25,165 nt of DNA from Bugula neritina (GCA_964035545.1 CAXIUT010000090.1:1-25165), one strand, 5' to 3'. Positions 1 to 11,467 are shown, numbered from the stretch's first letter. Numbers and translations: made by a program. Notes: generated by a model from the letters alone, not told the origin.

Positions 1-68
1 CCCAACCCCAACCCCAACCCCAACCCCAACCCCAACCCCAACCCCAACCCCAACCCAACCCCAACCCC
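1..68. repeat. Left telomere, (CCCCAA)n
   Basis: About 11 tandem CCCCAA units (one CCCAA variant) at the 5' end with the C-strand on +, the Tetrahymena-type ciliate telomere repeat. Confidence 0.97.
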
Positions 69-133
69 TATTCAATAAAATTCTTAATAGATTGAGGTTG
101 CATAATAACATTATTTTTATCAATAATAATAAT

Positions 134-1726
134 ATGGATGAACTAATCACAATAATTTAAGAAAGGAAGCAATCGATCAATTAAATGAAGACTATTTCCC
201 CTCCTAAACATAAATCAATACTGATAGAAGAGGAAAGAAAGCGTAACTAAAAAATAAAATTGGATTTTAAGAGTTTTAAAAACACTTAAAATACTTCCTA
301 CTGATCATAAAAAGTACAGATTAATTTAAATTAGAATCATTTTTTAAAATACTGTCAAGATAATGAACTACTATCAACCCATGGAAATTCAATATTAATG
401 AAGATTAAAATGCAAATTACATTGAAACATTCATTAATTTATTTGTTAGTTTTTATAATAAATTTGAAGAAATGGATTTAGCTCATGTTAAAACTATTAT
501 TAGACCAAATAATGTATTAAAAATAATATATTTAGAGTTTTATAATTGTAGATCTAATAAAGTCTTTGGTAGATATTGGAAGAAAATAGTTCAAATGTGA
601 AGTAAAAACTCATTATAAATAATTATAAGCAATCAAATCTGATAGAAAATTAGCAAATAAGTTTAAAAGTAAAGGATAACTTATCACAAGTAAATCTTAA
701 ATATTAAATACCAAAGGAATTGAAGAATACGAACCTAAAAATAAAAAAGAATAAATAAAAAATTCATAAACTAAAAAGATAGATAGTGTTCTTTACGATA
801 AATACAGCAAAGTTATTTAAAACTATAATTCTGAGTATATTGAATAAAAATTCAATGAGCTATACTTTGATTTGGCACATATTAATCGTAGAAACTCGGT
901 TAAGATTCAAAAATATTTAGATTCTTGTTTTGGAATGAAAAGACATATAAACTATGATGCTTCAGGTCTTTACACTCAATAGTAGATCAAAAAGATGATG
1001 TAAAAACACAAATAAAAAATAAATAATAGATCAACTGAACTAAAATAACTTAAAGGGAAATGTTCAAGTTAGCACTTAAAAGAACATTTCAAAATGAAAC
1101 TTTAAATGCATTAAGATATGAACAGTTTTCCCATAATAAAGAAAATATATATATTACATGAATGGTTTCCCATATGTATGGCAAAAAATGGAGATAAACT
1201 TCATCCTTTTTTACCTATGATTCAGTTTAATGGAAACTTTTATAATCAAGAAGAATTAGAATAAAGATCAAATAAAAAACTTAAATATTTTTTGAAAGAC
1301 CTTCTTAATTAAAAATATCCAAATTAAAAAATATTTAGATTAGATGATCCTTAAATGATATCTTTTAATAAAAAGTAATATTTTGACTTCAATAATCTTA
1401 AACTTCTAGAATTAATGAATAAAGAGGTTATTCTTCCTTTAGTTAAAAAATAGAAATAAAAAGATAAAGATAAAGAAGGATTTTTACCTCAAATTAATGG
1501 TCAAGGAGATGGATAAACCAAGAGAGTCAATAAAGCTAAAAGTGATACTAAACTACCAGGATCGAATCTACTGATGTCTATTCCTAAGGGAAGTGAAAGT
1601 TTAGGCTAGATGCTGAAAAGAAGAATGAACCATAGTTCAAAAATAAAAGAAGTCAATTAATCAAAAAGAAGAATGAATAATATTATTGACAATATGATCA
1701 AAGTAAGAGAAAATACTATTATTTGA
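134..1726 (+). CDS. Hypothetical protein (~515 aa); 5' exon structure uncertain
   Basis: ATG at 134, 65 bp inside the telomere. With TAR=Glu there is a long open frame from ~370 to TGA 1724-1726 after removing a 22-nt intron (514-535); a 21-nt intron at 314-334 is probable. Two apparent extra bases (near 260 and 380) are needed to join the 5' part. No family recognised. Confidence 0.7.
514..535 (+). other. 22-nt spliceosomal intron
   Basis: gtattaaaaataatatatttag; removal restores the frame (...RPNN|SFIIVDLIKS...). Confidence 0.8.
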
Positions 1727-1810
1727 TTTTTATTAGTATAAAATAATTCCTAATAAAAAGAATATTATTTAAATAAATAAATTAAATAATTAATATTTAT
1801 AACTTTAGCT

Positions 1811-2308
1811 ATGACACCACCTATAAATAATTTAAGAGTCTAACTTCTCTATGAGGTGCCAAGTTCATGTGCTCTCATATTTGCAAGTATCAATTATTAC
1901 AGCAGTCTTATTGATCCATAAATAAGAGCACAGAATCCTAATATTAAAGGACAGTTGAAACATTGGGCGACTTTTTTAATTTTGGCAGGTAAATATCTTG
2001 TTGGTACAGTCTTAATAGGATCTCTAGCATCTGTAATAGCATACTCTCAATCGAAATAAAATTTCTGGCTTTATGGAGGTGCTACTTTATTCTCAATTAT
2101 TCCCTTTACTAGTATATTTCTCATGAAAACAAACAAAAAATTGCTAAATATCCTGAAGGACACCACTGAACATGAAGTTAAAGAAGAAGAGAAACAAATT
2201 GTAAAGGACGAGATGAAGAAATGGTCCAAATTAAACTGTGTCAGAGTTGCAATAGCTACTGCTTCTTTAGCTCTGTTCTTTGTGGCTAAAAAATATACAA
2301 AAATCTGA
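1811..2308 (+). CDS. DUF1772 (anthrone oxygenase-like) membrane protein, paralog 1
   Basis: 165 aa, intronless: MTPPINNLRVELLYEVPSSCALIFAS...HWATF...WLYGGATLFSIIPFTSIFLMKTNKKL...KWSKLNCVRVAIATASL. The W-x-GG...PFT...M..TN..L and W...R motifs fit DUF1772. Confidence 0.8.
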
Positions 2309-2532
2309 GCTTGATTCACCCGAAATAAATATTTTATTATTTAAAGTTAATATAAACAGGACTAAATTTCAACTTCTTTTGATTTTATTTAATTCTAAAT
2401 AGTTTTTTAATCTAATTATTTATTTAATTTCCATAAAGTAAAAAATATTTTATTCTGATAATTGCTGATAAGAATTCAATAAATAAAACTATAAATATTA
2501 TGATTTAATTATGACGATAAGTAATTTTAATT

Positions 2533-3036
2533 ATGTCAAAACCAATTAAAAATCTAGGGAATGAAATTCTCTATGAATTGCCAAGTACTTGTGCTCTTTT
2601 CTTTGCCAGTGTTGGATTTTATACAAGTGTTGTTGACCCCACTGTTAGAGAACAACATTAAAACATAAAAGAACAACTCAAACATTGGGCAACTTCTTTC
2701 AAATGGGGAGTTAAATACATGCCCATGCTTACAGTAGCTGGTCTTCTTTCCTCAGTTGGAGCTTACAATCAATCTAAAGAAAAAATGTGGCTTGCTGGAG
2801 GTCTTACTCTCTTCTCGACTATTCCATATACCCTCCTGTTCATGATGAAAACAAATAACTAGCTTAATGACACTCTGAAAAACAGCACAGAGTCCGAAAT
2901 CGAGGAAGAAAAAAGAGAGTCAACAGCTAATGGAATGAAAAAATGGGTTAAACTCCATGCTGGAAGAGCTATCCTTGCCACAGGAGCTGCTGTTCTTTTC
3001 TTCATTGCCAAACAAAATACAAAGATCTCAGCTTGA
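2533..3036 (+). CDS. DUF1772 membrane protein, paralog 2 (tandem duplicate)
   Basis: 167 aa, MSKPIKNLGNEILYELPSTCALFFAS...WLAGGLTLFSTIPYTLLFMMKTNNEL...KWVKLHAGRAILATGAA; colinear with paralog 1. Confidence 0.82.
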
Positions 3037-3143
3037 TTCGCCCTCATTTAATCTTTAATACTTTTATCAAAGAATAATAAATTTTTCAATCTCCTAAAAA
3101 ATTTTTAATATGTTTTTTAATTTAGATGTTTTATTCAAATTTA

Positions 3144-4322
3144 TCAATCATTTCCAAAACATACTTGGTCAACATCAACAAAAAGATTCATAACCCTTTT
3201 TTTCCATTCTTAGTACAAACAAGTAAATGATTTTTGCTAGCATAAATACATATATCTCCCATCATGCCTTATTTTGATATAAAACTAGCCATTATCTGAA
3301 TGCAATTAAAAAATTAAATTAGTTACATAATCAATACCAAAATCACAATTCAAGGCAGAAGTTTTTCCTTTTATATAAAGATCTTCAATACATTGAGCAC
3401 TAGAAAAGTTAAGATCTTGTTGCATAGCTGTAGCATCAGTGTCATGAGCACTAATGAAACTCCATTTAAGCTTTTTATTGTTTATATTTTTGATTCTATC
3501 ATCAAATTCTTTCAAAATCTTTTTTAATTTACCAGTATTAGCAGCTTTAGAAATATTAAAGTTTATTTTGAAAAAATTAAACCAATCATGTAAATGCTTT
3601 ATCTCAGTATAATCATCATCAGTAAAGCCTTCTTTATCTATTGATCTTCCCAAAAACTTATCGACAGTCAAGGTATCATACAGTGAAGCCAAAGTAGTAA
3701 AATTCATTGTATTAAGAGGAATATCAAATAGCTAAGCCATTCTTTTCATAAAAGGATAATAAGTTCGATAAGCTTAATTATATTTCTACAACTGATACAG
3801 ACAATTTTTATCATATTATCTGTCTAGATTGTCACAAGCACTTAACACTATATTTTCATCATGATAAATAGGAATTGCTCGATATCCTTAAGGTAAAGAA
3901 AATATTTCTTATTTACTATCTGAATTATTAGAATAAGGAGGTAAATGGTACTATCTATTTACTCTTGGAAGCTTATCACCAGAACCTAAAGGATATAGAC
4001 CATATAATTGACTCCGAACAGATGAAATAGTTCTATTGATAAATGTTGAATAAACTTATATTTATCCTTCTTTATATTAAGCACTGAGAAAAGAAAGTTT
4101 ATCAATATAATCTTTTCTCAAGAGTTTACCCAAATTTTAATGTTATCTCATGCCAACAGAAGTCAGCTATCCCCATAAATCTTTAGTTGAATTACCATCA
4201 TAATATGAATTAAGGTGATATCGAGCTCCATGCCGAAAGACACTTACAACTTGAAGGAGATTTGCTTCAAGACATAGGACTAATAGTAAAATAATTCCTA
4301 TTTTTATGATATTTTTCAGCAT
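3144..4322 (-). CDS. Histidine acid phosphatase (branch 2), secreted/lysosomal type
   Basis: 392 aa intact ORF with a hydrophobic signal peptide, catalytic FRHGARY, WGELTSVG, NRTISS and a C-terminal SAHD motif. Contains the supplied ORF 3306..3707. Confidence 0.93.
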
Positions 4323-4391
4323 TTATAGTAAATTAATAATCATTTTAAAAATAAATAAATGATAATATAAATTAATAAGCTAATGATACTA

Positions 4392-5582
4392 TCATAGAAT
4401 TAGCATAGATCGAACTTCTTTCACGATACTTTTATTAGCTCTATAATATTTCTTCCAAACATTAATCACGAATAGTAAAATCGGTGTAGCTGTACATTTA
4501 GATTTGATATTGACTGCATTGTTATAGTATATTCTGTTATTCTAATCAAATTTAAACAAATGATTTTTACCTTAGGATCTCATCTTTTAATCTCTTTTAG
4601 TATTAGAAAATATTATGTTTTCTTCATCAAAATCTTTTTTCAAATATCTTAGAAACAAAGATAACCTCAATATATTTGATGGTAATGTGAAGTCAGGTAA
4701 ACGATTGATCTTACTACGAACCAAAGCAAGTTATCTTTTTATTTATAAAGGAGTAAAATTAGGACGAAATCGATGAGGCATAATATCTTTAGTCTCGATT
4801 AACTCCACCATCTCCAACAGCTATGAATAGGTAATCGAGTTATGACTTGAAGATTGTATTGCTAAAGAAAGAGAAAAACACTTTTGAAGAAATTTATCTA
4901 CTAAATTCAAATCATTTACTATCACATCATATTCATTACTTATCCTTGAATTGATATATTGTTCAAGGATATTGATACATTATTTGATCTATTTTTATGA
5001 CACATCTATCTTATCAAAAGGATCTCCAAATTTAGTAAACTTTTATTTGAGAAATTCTCTAACTTTCTTTATATTAGCCTAGTCTTCAACCTATTTCAGC
5101 TAGAGATAGTTTCTGACTTTCTTGATAGTAGAAATTTATAATTTTAAGCCATTGTCATATTCATTTCTTGCTACTCTATCTCGACTCAAATCAGAAAGTC
5201 GAACATCTTTTAGCTATTAGATTTTTTATGATTTACAGAAATATTTGTTATTCCAATATTTATTTTACTCCTAAAAGTAACCATTCCTTTTACTTGCATT
5301 CTTCTGATAAGCTGATTTAACTTTTTCCTCAAATTATCTCACATTAAATCGAGTCTCATCCTCATTCTTCCTCTTTTTGACAGGAAAACCTTTTATCATC
5401 TTTTTCACCTGGAATTCATCATGGTTTATAATTGAACTAATGATACTGTACAGATTAAATATCACTAAGACAATTGCAAGAAGAAGTATGAGTTTATTGA
5501 GTTAGTAAGTCATCAATACCAGAGCAACAATGATCAGTGAAATAGTGTTATAGAGCAGCTTTTATTTTGTTGTGAAATTCAT
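4392..5582 (-). CDS. Hypothetical protein with two N-terminal transmembrane helices
   Basis: 1191-nt ATG-to-TGA frame (396 aa) under TAR=Glu, with hydrophobic segments at the N-terminus. No family recognised. Confidence 0.75.
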
Positions 5583-5685
5583 TTGATTTACCGCTTAAAG
5601 TCAATTATAATATCAAATCTAACCAAAAAAAGAATAAAAACTAAACTACTCTTTTTAGTATGAATAAAATATAAGTTAGAGATGA

Positions 5686-6551
5686 TCAGAGAGGTAAATA
5701 GTTCATTCCAAGAAGTTCCTATGTTGATTTCTAAAAAATAAGAGTATTCAAATTCAAAAGATTGTCAAAATTACCTTGATATTCAGCATATTCATCTTCA
5801 CTTCTATCCTCATTATCTTATTCGTTATTCAACTCATCAATCTGCTGAGTCTTCTGAACTTTATTGATCTCGTATTGATTTTAAGCCATGATATTCAAAG
5901 CAGTTTTCGGTCTTGCTTGAATTTTATTTTTATTATCATTGGCCTGATCGACAAGGTCACTAATTATGTTGTCTAATTAATTTATCTATGCAAATGCTTT
6001 TTCTTCCATGTTTTTTAATATTGCCATCTTTTCTGTTGATACATTTCTGGCTGGAAGTATTCTCTAATGGGATTTCGATATCATTTTTTTACAGCGTTCA
6101 TTAAGATCATAGAGCTTAGTTCTCTTCTTTTATTAGTTCAGCTTCTTACCTAACTTCTCAAGTTGATTTTATTGGAGTATTCTCTAAGCTCTAGCTTCAA
6201 CTGTTTGCTTAAACATATTTATTTATGCTTCTGATAGTTTATTTTTAACAGGTATTTGCTTCTTTTCTTATTTAACTACTATTTCTATAGGTTGAGATTG
6301 TTTCTTTTGCTTTTTCTTTTTAGATAAATTTTTTATATATTTAGCTTTCTCTATTGCTTTTCGATTACCTTATTTGACCATTTCAGCATACTGTCGAGTA
6401 TTTTCAAATTTAGAATGTTTTTCATATTCTTTCAAAGCTTCCTCATAAGCTTTTTGACTTTGTTAGTCTAAATTAAAACTAATCTACCTTTGTATTTCAT
6501 ATTGTTCTTACGAATCAACTCGTCAACTCGATCGATAACTTCTTCTGTCAT
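5686..6551 (-). CDS. Hypothetical coiled-coil protein
   Basis: MTEEVIDRVDELIRKNNMKYK, 20-nt intron 6468-6487, K/E-rich helical sequence and an acidic tail. The middle may contain compensating frame errors. Confidence 0.72.
6468..6487 (-). other. 20-nt spliceosomal intron
   Basis: gtagattagttttaatttag on the minus strand; removal restores the frame. Confidence 0.8.
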
Positions 6552-7025
6552 TTAAAAATTAAAAATTAATAATGAACCTATTGTTAGAAATAATAAGAAT
6601 ATGAATCAAAAATGTTATCTTTGAATTTTATTAAAGTGTTACTCTTTCAAGTAGATCGAACTAATATTCGATCATCAATGATCTTTCATGAATATTTTTT
6701 TACACTTACCTTCTTGATGAAGAACTACAATCCTTTTCTTTGTTAAAATTACAAAAGATAAGTTGTTTATTGTGAATATTTCGAACTGAGGTAATTCATT
6801 ATTTGAAATCAACTTATGAATTTGAATTTTAGAGCCAGAAAGTATTTATGAATTTGTTGTATTTTATGTGAAACAAGGCAGAAGGTTGAATAAAAGTTGG
6901 AAATCTGGAGTTGTGAAGATGAATGTATGTAAGATGTTTGAAGTTGTTAAGAATTTGAGTTTGATAAGTTAGTTGAGGTTGATGTTGAGTTGTGATATAA
7001 AGTTGGGTTGGGCTGGGTATACATA

Positions 7026-7659
7026 TCATCTGCGAGGCGATTTGGAGTAGCTGTCTCTGCGTCTTCTTTTGTATTAGTTTGACCTTGATCTCTATCTGTA
7101 GTGTTTTTTCTTCTTCTCATGATGTCTGGAAGATCGATGACGTCTATAGGAATCACTCGAAGAATCAGAGTAAGATCTTCGAGAGCGATGATAGGATTTT
7201 CTCACTGGAGACTACCTTTTCTTACCCAAGTATTTACCTATTTAAATACTATATTTACCTGGGGTAGCCTCTCTAGGCTTTGATCTCTTACTGAACTCAA
7301 CAGTAATCGGTCTTCCATTTAACTCTACTCCTTGCATTTTTTACCGAGCAACTGTAGCATTTTTTGGATTCAAATATTTAGCGAATCCATATCCTCTTGA
7401 TTGTTTAGGATCTCCCCGAGAAGATCCTGGTCCTGATCGAGGTTAATAGACAATAAAACAATACTCTAGCTCTCCGTGTTCTGAGAAGACATCTTTAAGT
7501 TTGTCTTCAGTTAATCTCTTATCAATATTTCCAATGTAAAGGCAAATATCTGTATAACAAAGGTGAGATACTAGGATCTTAATTAACTTCCTCATTTTTA
7601 GGTTTGTTGTCTTAACCTCTTGAACGAGATCGAATAGAATCCGAATCAGAATGCGCCAT
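7026..7659 (-). CDS. Transformer-2-like SR splicing factor (RRM + RS domain)
   Basis: 196 aa after removing introns 7550-7571 and 7238-7258. RNP2 LYIGNI, RNP1 SRGYGFAKY, the Tra2-type linker VEFSKRSKPREATPGKYLG and an RS-rich C-terminus. Confidence 0.9.
7238..7258 (-). other. 21-nt intron (in-frame, stopless)
   Basis: gtaaatatagtatttaaatag interrupts the conserved TPG|KYLG motif. Confidence 0.75.
7550..7571 (-). other. 22-nt spliceosomal intron
   Basis: gtatctcacctttgttatacag; removal joins the N-terminus in frame to RNP2. Confidence 0.85.
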
Positions 7660-7719
7660 ACAATTAAATAATATATATTTAAATCATTTTTGAATTTAAT
7701 TTATTAATTTAAATCTCTA

Positions 7720-8462
7720 TCAAAAGTAAAGTTCTTTCTCTAATTTTATTCTTTACTGAATCTTCTTTTTCTTCTCCTCTGCTTCCTTCACCCTTTCAGG
7801 ATTATAATAATGAATCGTATGGTAACTGACATCATCTAAACTAATAGGAGAATCTTCATCAAGTCTTCTTATTACTTCAGGAGAAGCTATTCGACTGTTG
7901 ATAATTGCTTCTCTGTTTTTTTTAAATTTATTAAAAACATAGAGTGGAATCATCAAAGATCCAAAAATAGCAAAAAAGATAAAGAAGTTATCTGTTCCAA
8001 GTTTACCTCTTTTGATTTGACTCATTATTGGATCTTTTCTAAATTATCTTATTTTGTTTTTTCTGACTATTTATGACTTTTAAATAACTTAAAGATGTTT
8101 TTATCCTGGTGTTTTAATATCATGCTAAAGATCTTATTCAGTTATTCCCATCTTCATATTCATCAATCTTATTTTATTTTGCCTACTTCCATCCATTGGA
8201 GGATCCACTTCTTTATCAATTACTTCATTCATCTCAGAAAGACTCATATTTTTTTATCTGATTTATCTCTCTCTATTTTATTCTTTTACCTATTTATTCT
8301 TTTATAAGTTTATCTTGCTCTTGTGGAGATAAATTACCTAACTTTTGATCTTTCTTTTTATCTTATGGATTCTATATATCTCCTTTCATCTTATTGAATT
8401 AATTATTATGATATCATAAAATCAGAATTAAAAATTATAGATTTATGATTGCATATAATCAT
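7720..8462 (-). CDS. Hypothetical single-pass membrane protein; start uncertain
   Basis: Open frame from ~8385 to TGA at 7720-7722 including the supplied ORF 7753..8025 with one TM helix (FFIFFAIFGSLMIPLYVF). The 5' part needs one frame correction or a short intron near 8320-8355. Confidence 0.7.
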
Positions 8463-8533
8463 TATTGAACATTCTTCAAGTTAGATTTTATAATTTAATT
8501 TTGATCTTAAATATTTATAATTAATCAAATAAA

Positions 8534-9014
8534 TCAGATCGAACTTTTTGAATTAACTTTAGCCACAAAGAATAATAAGATTGAAGTAGTCGCTAAAATA
8601 GCTTTTACTAAATGAATTTTTCTCCATTTTACAAAATTATCACTAATTATCTCTTTTTCTTCTTCTGCAACTTCAGGTTAAATAGTATTTTTAAGAATTT
8701 TATTCAACTTATTATTAGTTTCCATCTGATAAAATACAACTGGAAGAATTGATGTAACTGTCATAGCTCCATAGAGCCAGTATTTTTTATTTTGTTTGAG
8801 TATAAGCTGCAACTGATGATAAAAAAGAAACACCTCCAGCTAAAGGTAAATATCTAATTCCCCATTTATAACCATTTTCCCAATGTTTTAATTGATCTTT
8901 TTTCTTAGAATATTGTTCTCTCACTTTATGATCAACAGCTACACTATAAAAAATACAACTTGCCACAAAGATAGAACCAGTACTTGGAATTTCATAAAGA
9001 ATTTATTTGTTCAT
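8534..9014 (-). CDS. DUF1772 membrane protein, paralog 3 (one extra base)
   Basis: MNKEILYEIPSTGSIFVAS...HWENGYKWGIRYLP...YWLYGA...KWRKIHLVKAILATTS. The span is 481 nt (3n+1), with one extra A in the A6 run at ~8783-8788. Confidence 0.8.
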
Positions 9015-9059
9015 AATTTATTTATTATAAGATATCATAAAAAGTATTAAATAAAAGTA

Positions 9060-11467
9060 TCATTCGATCTACTATATGATAGATTATTGGATTGTATATA
9101 TTTTTTAATTTTAATAAAGACTAATACTGTTTTATAAAATGACAGATTTTTAATGTTTTTATTCCATAAAATTTTATAAACTTCTAAAACTTGGTTTTTT
9201 AGATCTATTCGATTCAGTTCTGTTAAATGTAGTAATCTATCTAATAAAATTCATAAATCTAGCTTGATAGTAACTTGGCTGTTGAGCACTTGTATCTTTT
9301 TTACCTAGTATTTTTTTCATCAACTTTTCACTTTTCTTCTGACGATCCCATTTCTGAGATATATCGATCAATGAAATATGATATTATAAATTATTTTAAA
9401 GATTAGATTTTATTTTTTATAACTTAGTCCAAAAGCTAGGTTATTTAGGTTTATTTAACCACTCAACTTTCATAACTAGCAAAGAGTAATCAATAATATT
9501 GAGATCTTTAAGAAAATTTGTATCTATTTTAAGTTGATTAGTTAACATTTTGGCATTATTTGCAGAAATATACAATTTATGTTCCAATTTAATAAAATCT
9601 ATATCTTTTAAAACTACTATTTTTTTACTTGATACCCTATCCTCACTTTATTCATCAAGTAAAACTACTCTATCATCAGTAGATCCCTTCATATCGTAGA
9701 TATTTTTAATCTGGTCATTTTCACAACCTGATATGTTCTTTATTAACAGGACATAGTAGGTACGATACATTTCTTTATGCTAGAGTTTAAACATACCATA
9801 AAATTTACTTATTAAGGTGTGAGGGTGGTTCATAAAATGTTAATAAAATAAAGGTAGTTCTTAGAGCAAGGTCATAAATTACTATTTAGGCACTGTTTTT
9901 AAAATATATTTATTATCTGAACTAAAAAAGAAAAATTAACCACTTCTCCCTCCTCCATTATTATTATTATCTCCTATTTGATAAAACTGATGATTATTTT
10001 TTATCAAATCAAAACTCTAATCAACTCCACGTATTCTATCATGTCTAATCAATGATTTAAATATTTGAGGTGAAAATAAAGTAACCCTACAATCCAGAAA
10101 AGACAAACGAGGCAAAATCAAAGCCTACTGCTAATAATCTAAAACCTCCTTAGAATTTATTCTAAAACTGATATCTTAGTTATAATGTATTTTTTTAATT
10201 ATTTCAGGTTAGTCGTCATCATTCAGATACTAGCGATATGCCATTCTAATGCCAGTTAGAATAGTCATTATCTGAGTTACTTTTAAAAAGTCTATTTCGT
10301 TTTATTCTTCAAGAATGTCAAGTATTTTTTATTTAAGGCCTATATCGTTTCCTTCTAACAACTATTTTTGAGTTAATTTGAGTTAAAGGAGTTATTGTTA
10401 ACGATTTTTCTTAGAAAAGCAGCTTTTAAAAAACTTTTTTATTTTCTTGTTTATTTTTTTATAAAGAAGAATCAATACAATCAAATATACAGACTAAACT
10501 ATTCTTGTAAGGTTAAACAATGTGATTAAAAATAGCAAATGGTATTTAGGAGACGATGATTGACAGTTAACATCTAAAGCAAATATGCCTATCCCATAAA
10601 TTAATTAAATTATTGACATACCAATCGTAAATCTTGTGATAAGTGTGTTTTATTAGTATTTTCTTCTATTTAATGCTGAACTTTAAGGCATATTTCTTTT
10701 AAAAAACCTATAAGTAAAAGCAGCTATAACTGTAAAGATAATAGAATAGACCAATTGTTCAATAGGGTAATAATAAGAAGCTTTTTTAATTCTAATATCA
10801 GTTAATTAACAAATCCCAAATATACTCATTCCTATCCATTCTATATCCAGGCTATCAAAACAACTATGAAGGAAACAGTCAAAGATGATATATGTTTACA
10901 TTTAACATTAAACCATTTGTCTTTATATTTATAAAATTACTTGATTTAATCGATGGATTTACATTCAAAATGACATGAATCAAAAACTGAACTAAATATA
11001 TATTTCTAGATCCATAATAAAAAGCTAAAAATAATCCAATTGTCAAACAAAATGATGGAAAATTGCTAGGCATTTATGTACTATCAGCATAATATGTGTA
11101 AAAGACTAAATAATCACAATATTACTAGCACATGAAAAAAGACAAATATTGCAGATCAGATATCCAATAAGCAACGCAAAAATAACATCTTCAGGAGAAT
11201 GAGTAAATAACCGATACTTGATAAATACTATAATAAGGAGTAATTGGATGACTATTAAGATAGGACAAAGAACTAGAAAGATATATCTGTCTATTTGGTG
11301 GAGTTGAGCTATAGGCCTTAGTAAGATAAGATTTACCATATTTGATTTAAGTTTTTTTATAAAGATTAGTCATTCAGCTAAGAACATTTCAAAGTATGAG
11401 CTTAGTCGTAGTCAAGGCAAGAAACGTTGAATATTATTATCAGAATAAGGATACTCTGTAACCTCAT
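9060..11467 (-). CDS. GPCR-like 7TM domain fused to a phosphatidylinositol-phosphate kinase (GPCR-PIPK)
   Basis: Signal peptide and about 7 hydrophobic helices, then PIPK motifs GGRSGEFFFFSSDNKYILKTV, VKFYG, YDMKGS, LKDIDF, IIDYSLL, IDISQKW and SAQQPSYYQARF. Three 20-nt introns (11317-11336, 11106-11125, 10921-10940) and one missing base near 10850. Confidence 0.88.
10921..10940 (-). other. 20-nt spliceosomal intron
   Basis: gtaattttataaatataaag; removal shifts into the frame of the next TM helix. Confidence 0.72.
11106..11125 (-). other. 20-nt spliceosomal intron
   Basis: gtaatattgtgattatttag; joins supplied ORFs 11106..11339 and 10879..11073 in frame. Confidence 0.85.
11317..11336 (-). 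other. 20-nt spliceosomal intron
   Basis: gtaaatcttatcttactaag; joins the signal-peptide exon to the TM1 exon in frame. Confidence 0.85.

Noticed and set aside
91-105. GAGGTTG near the left telomere resembling the Tetrahymena chromosome breakage sequence
   Set aside because: Only a 7-nt match, absent at the other two telomere junctions, and the Cbs is normally removed on breakage.
243-401. In-frame TGA codons in the first gene as evidence of UGA=Trp or an ambiguous code
   Set aside because: Two single-base homopolymer corrections give a clean protein. All intact conserved genes use TGG for Trp and TGA only at the end.
6995-7020. TTGGGTTGGGCTGGG as a telomere relic or telomerase RNA template
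   Set aside because: It has G3 rather than G4 units and no CAACCCCAA template on the other strand.
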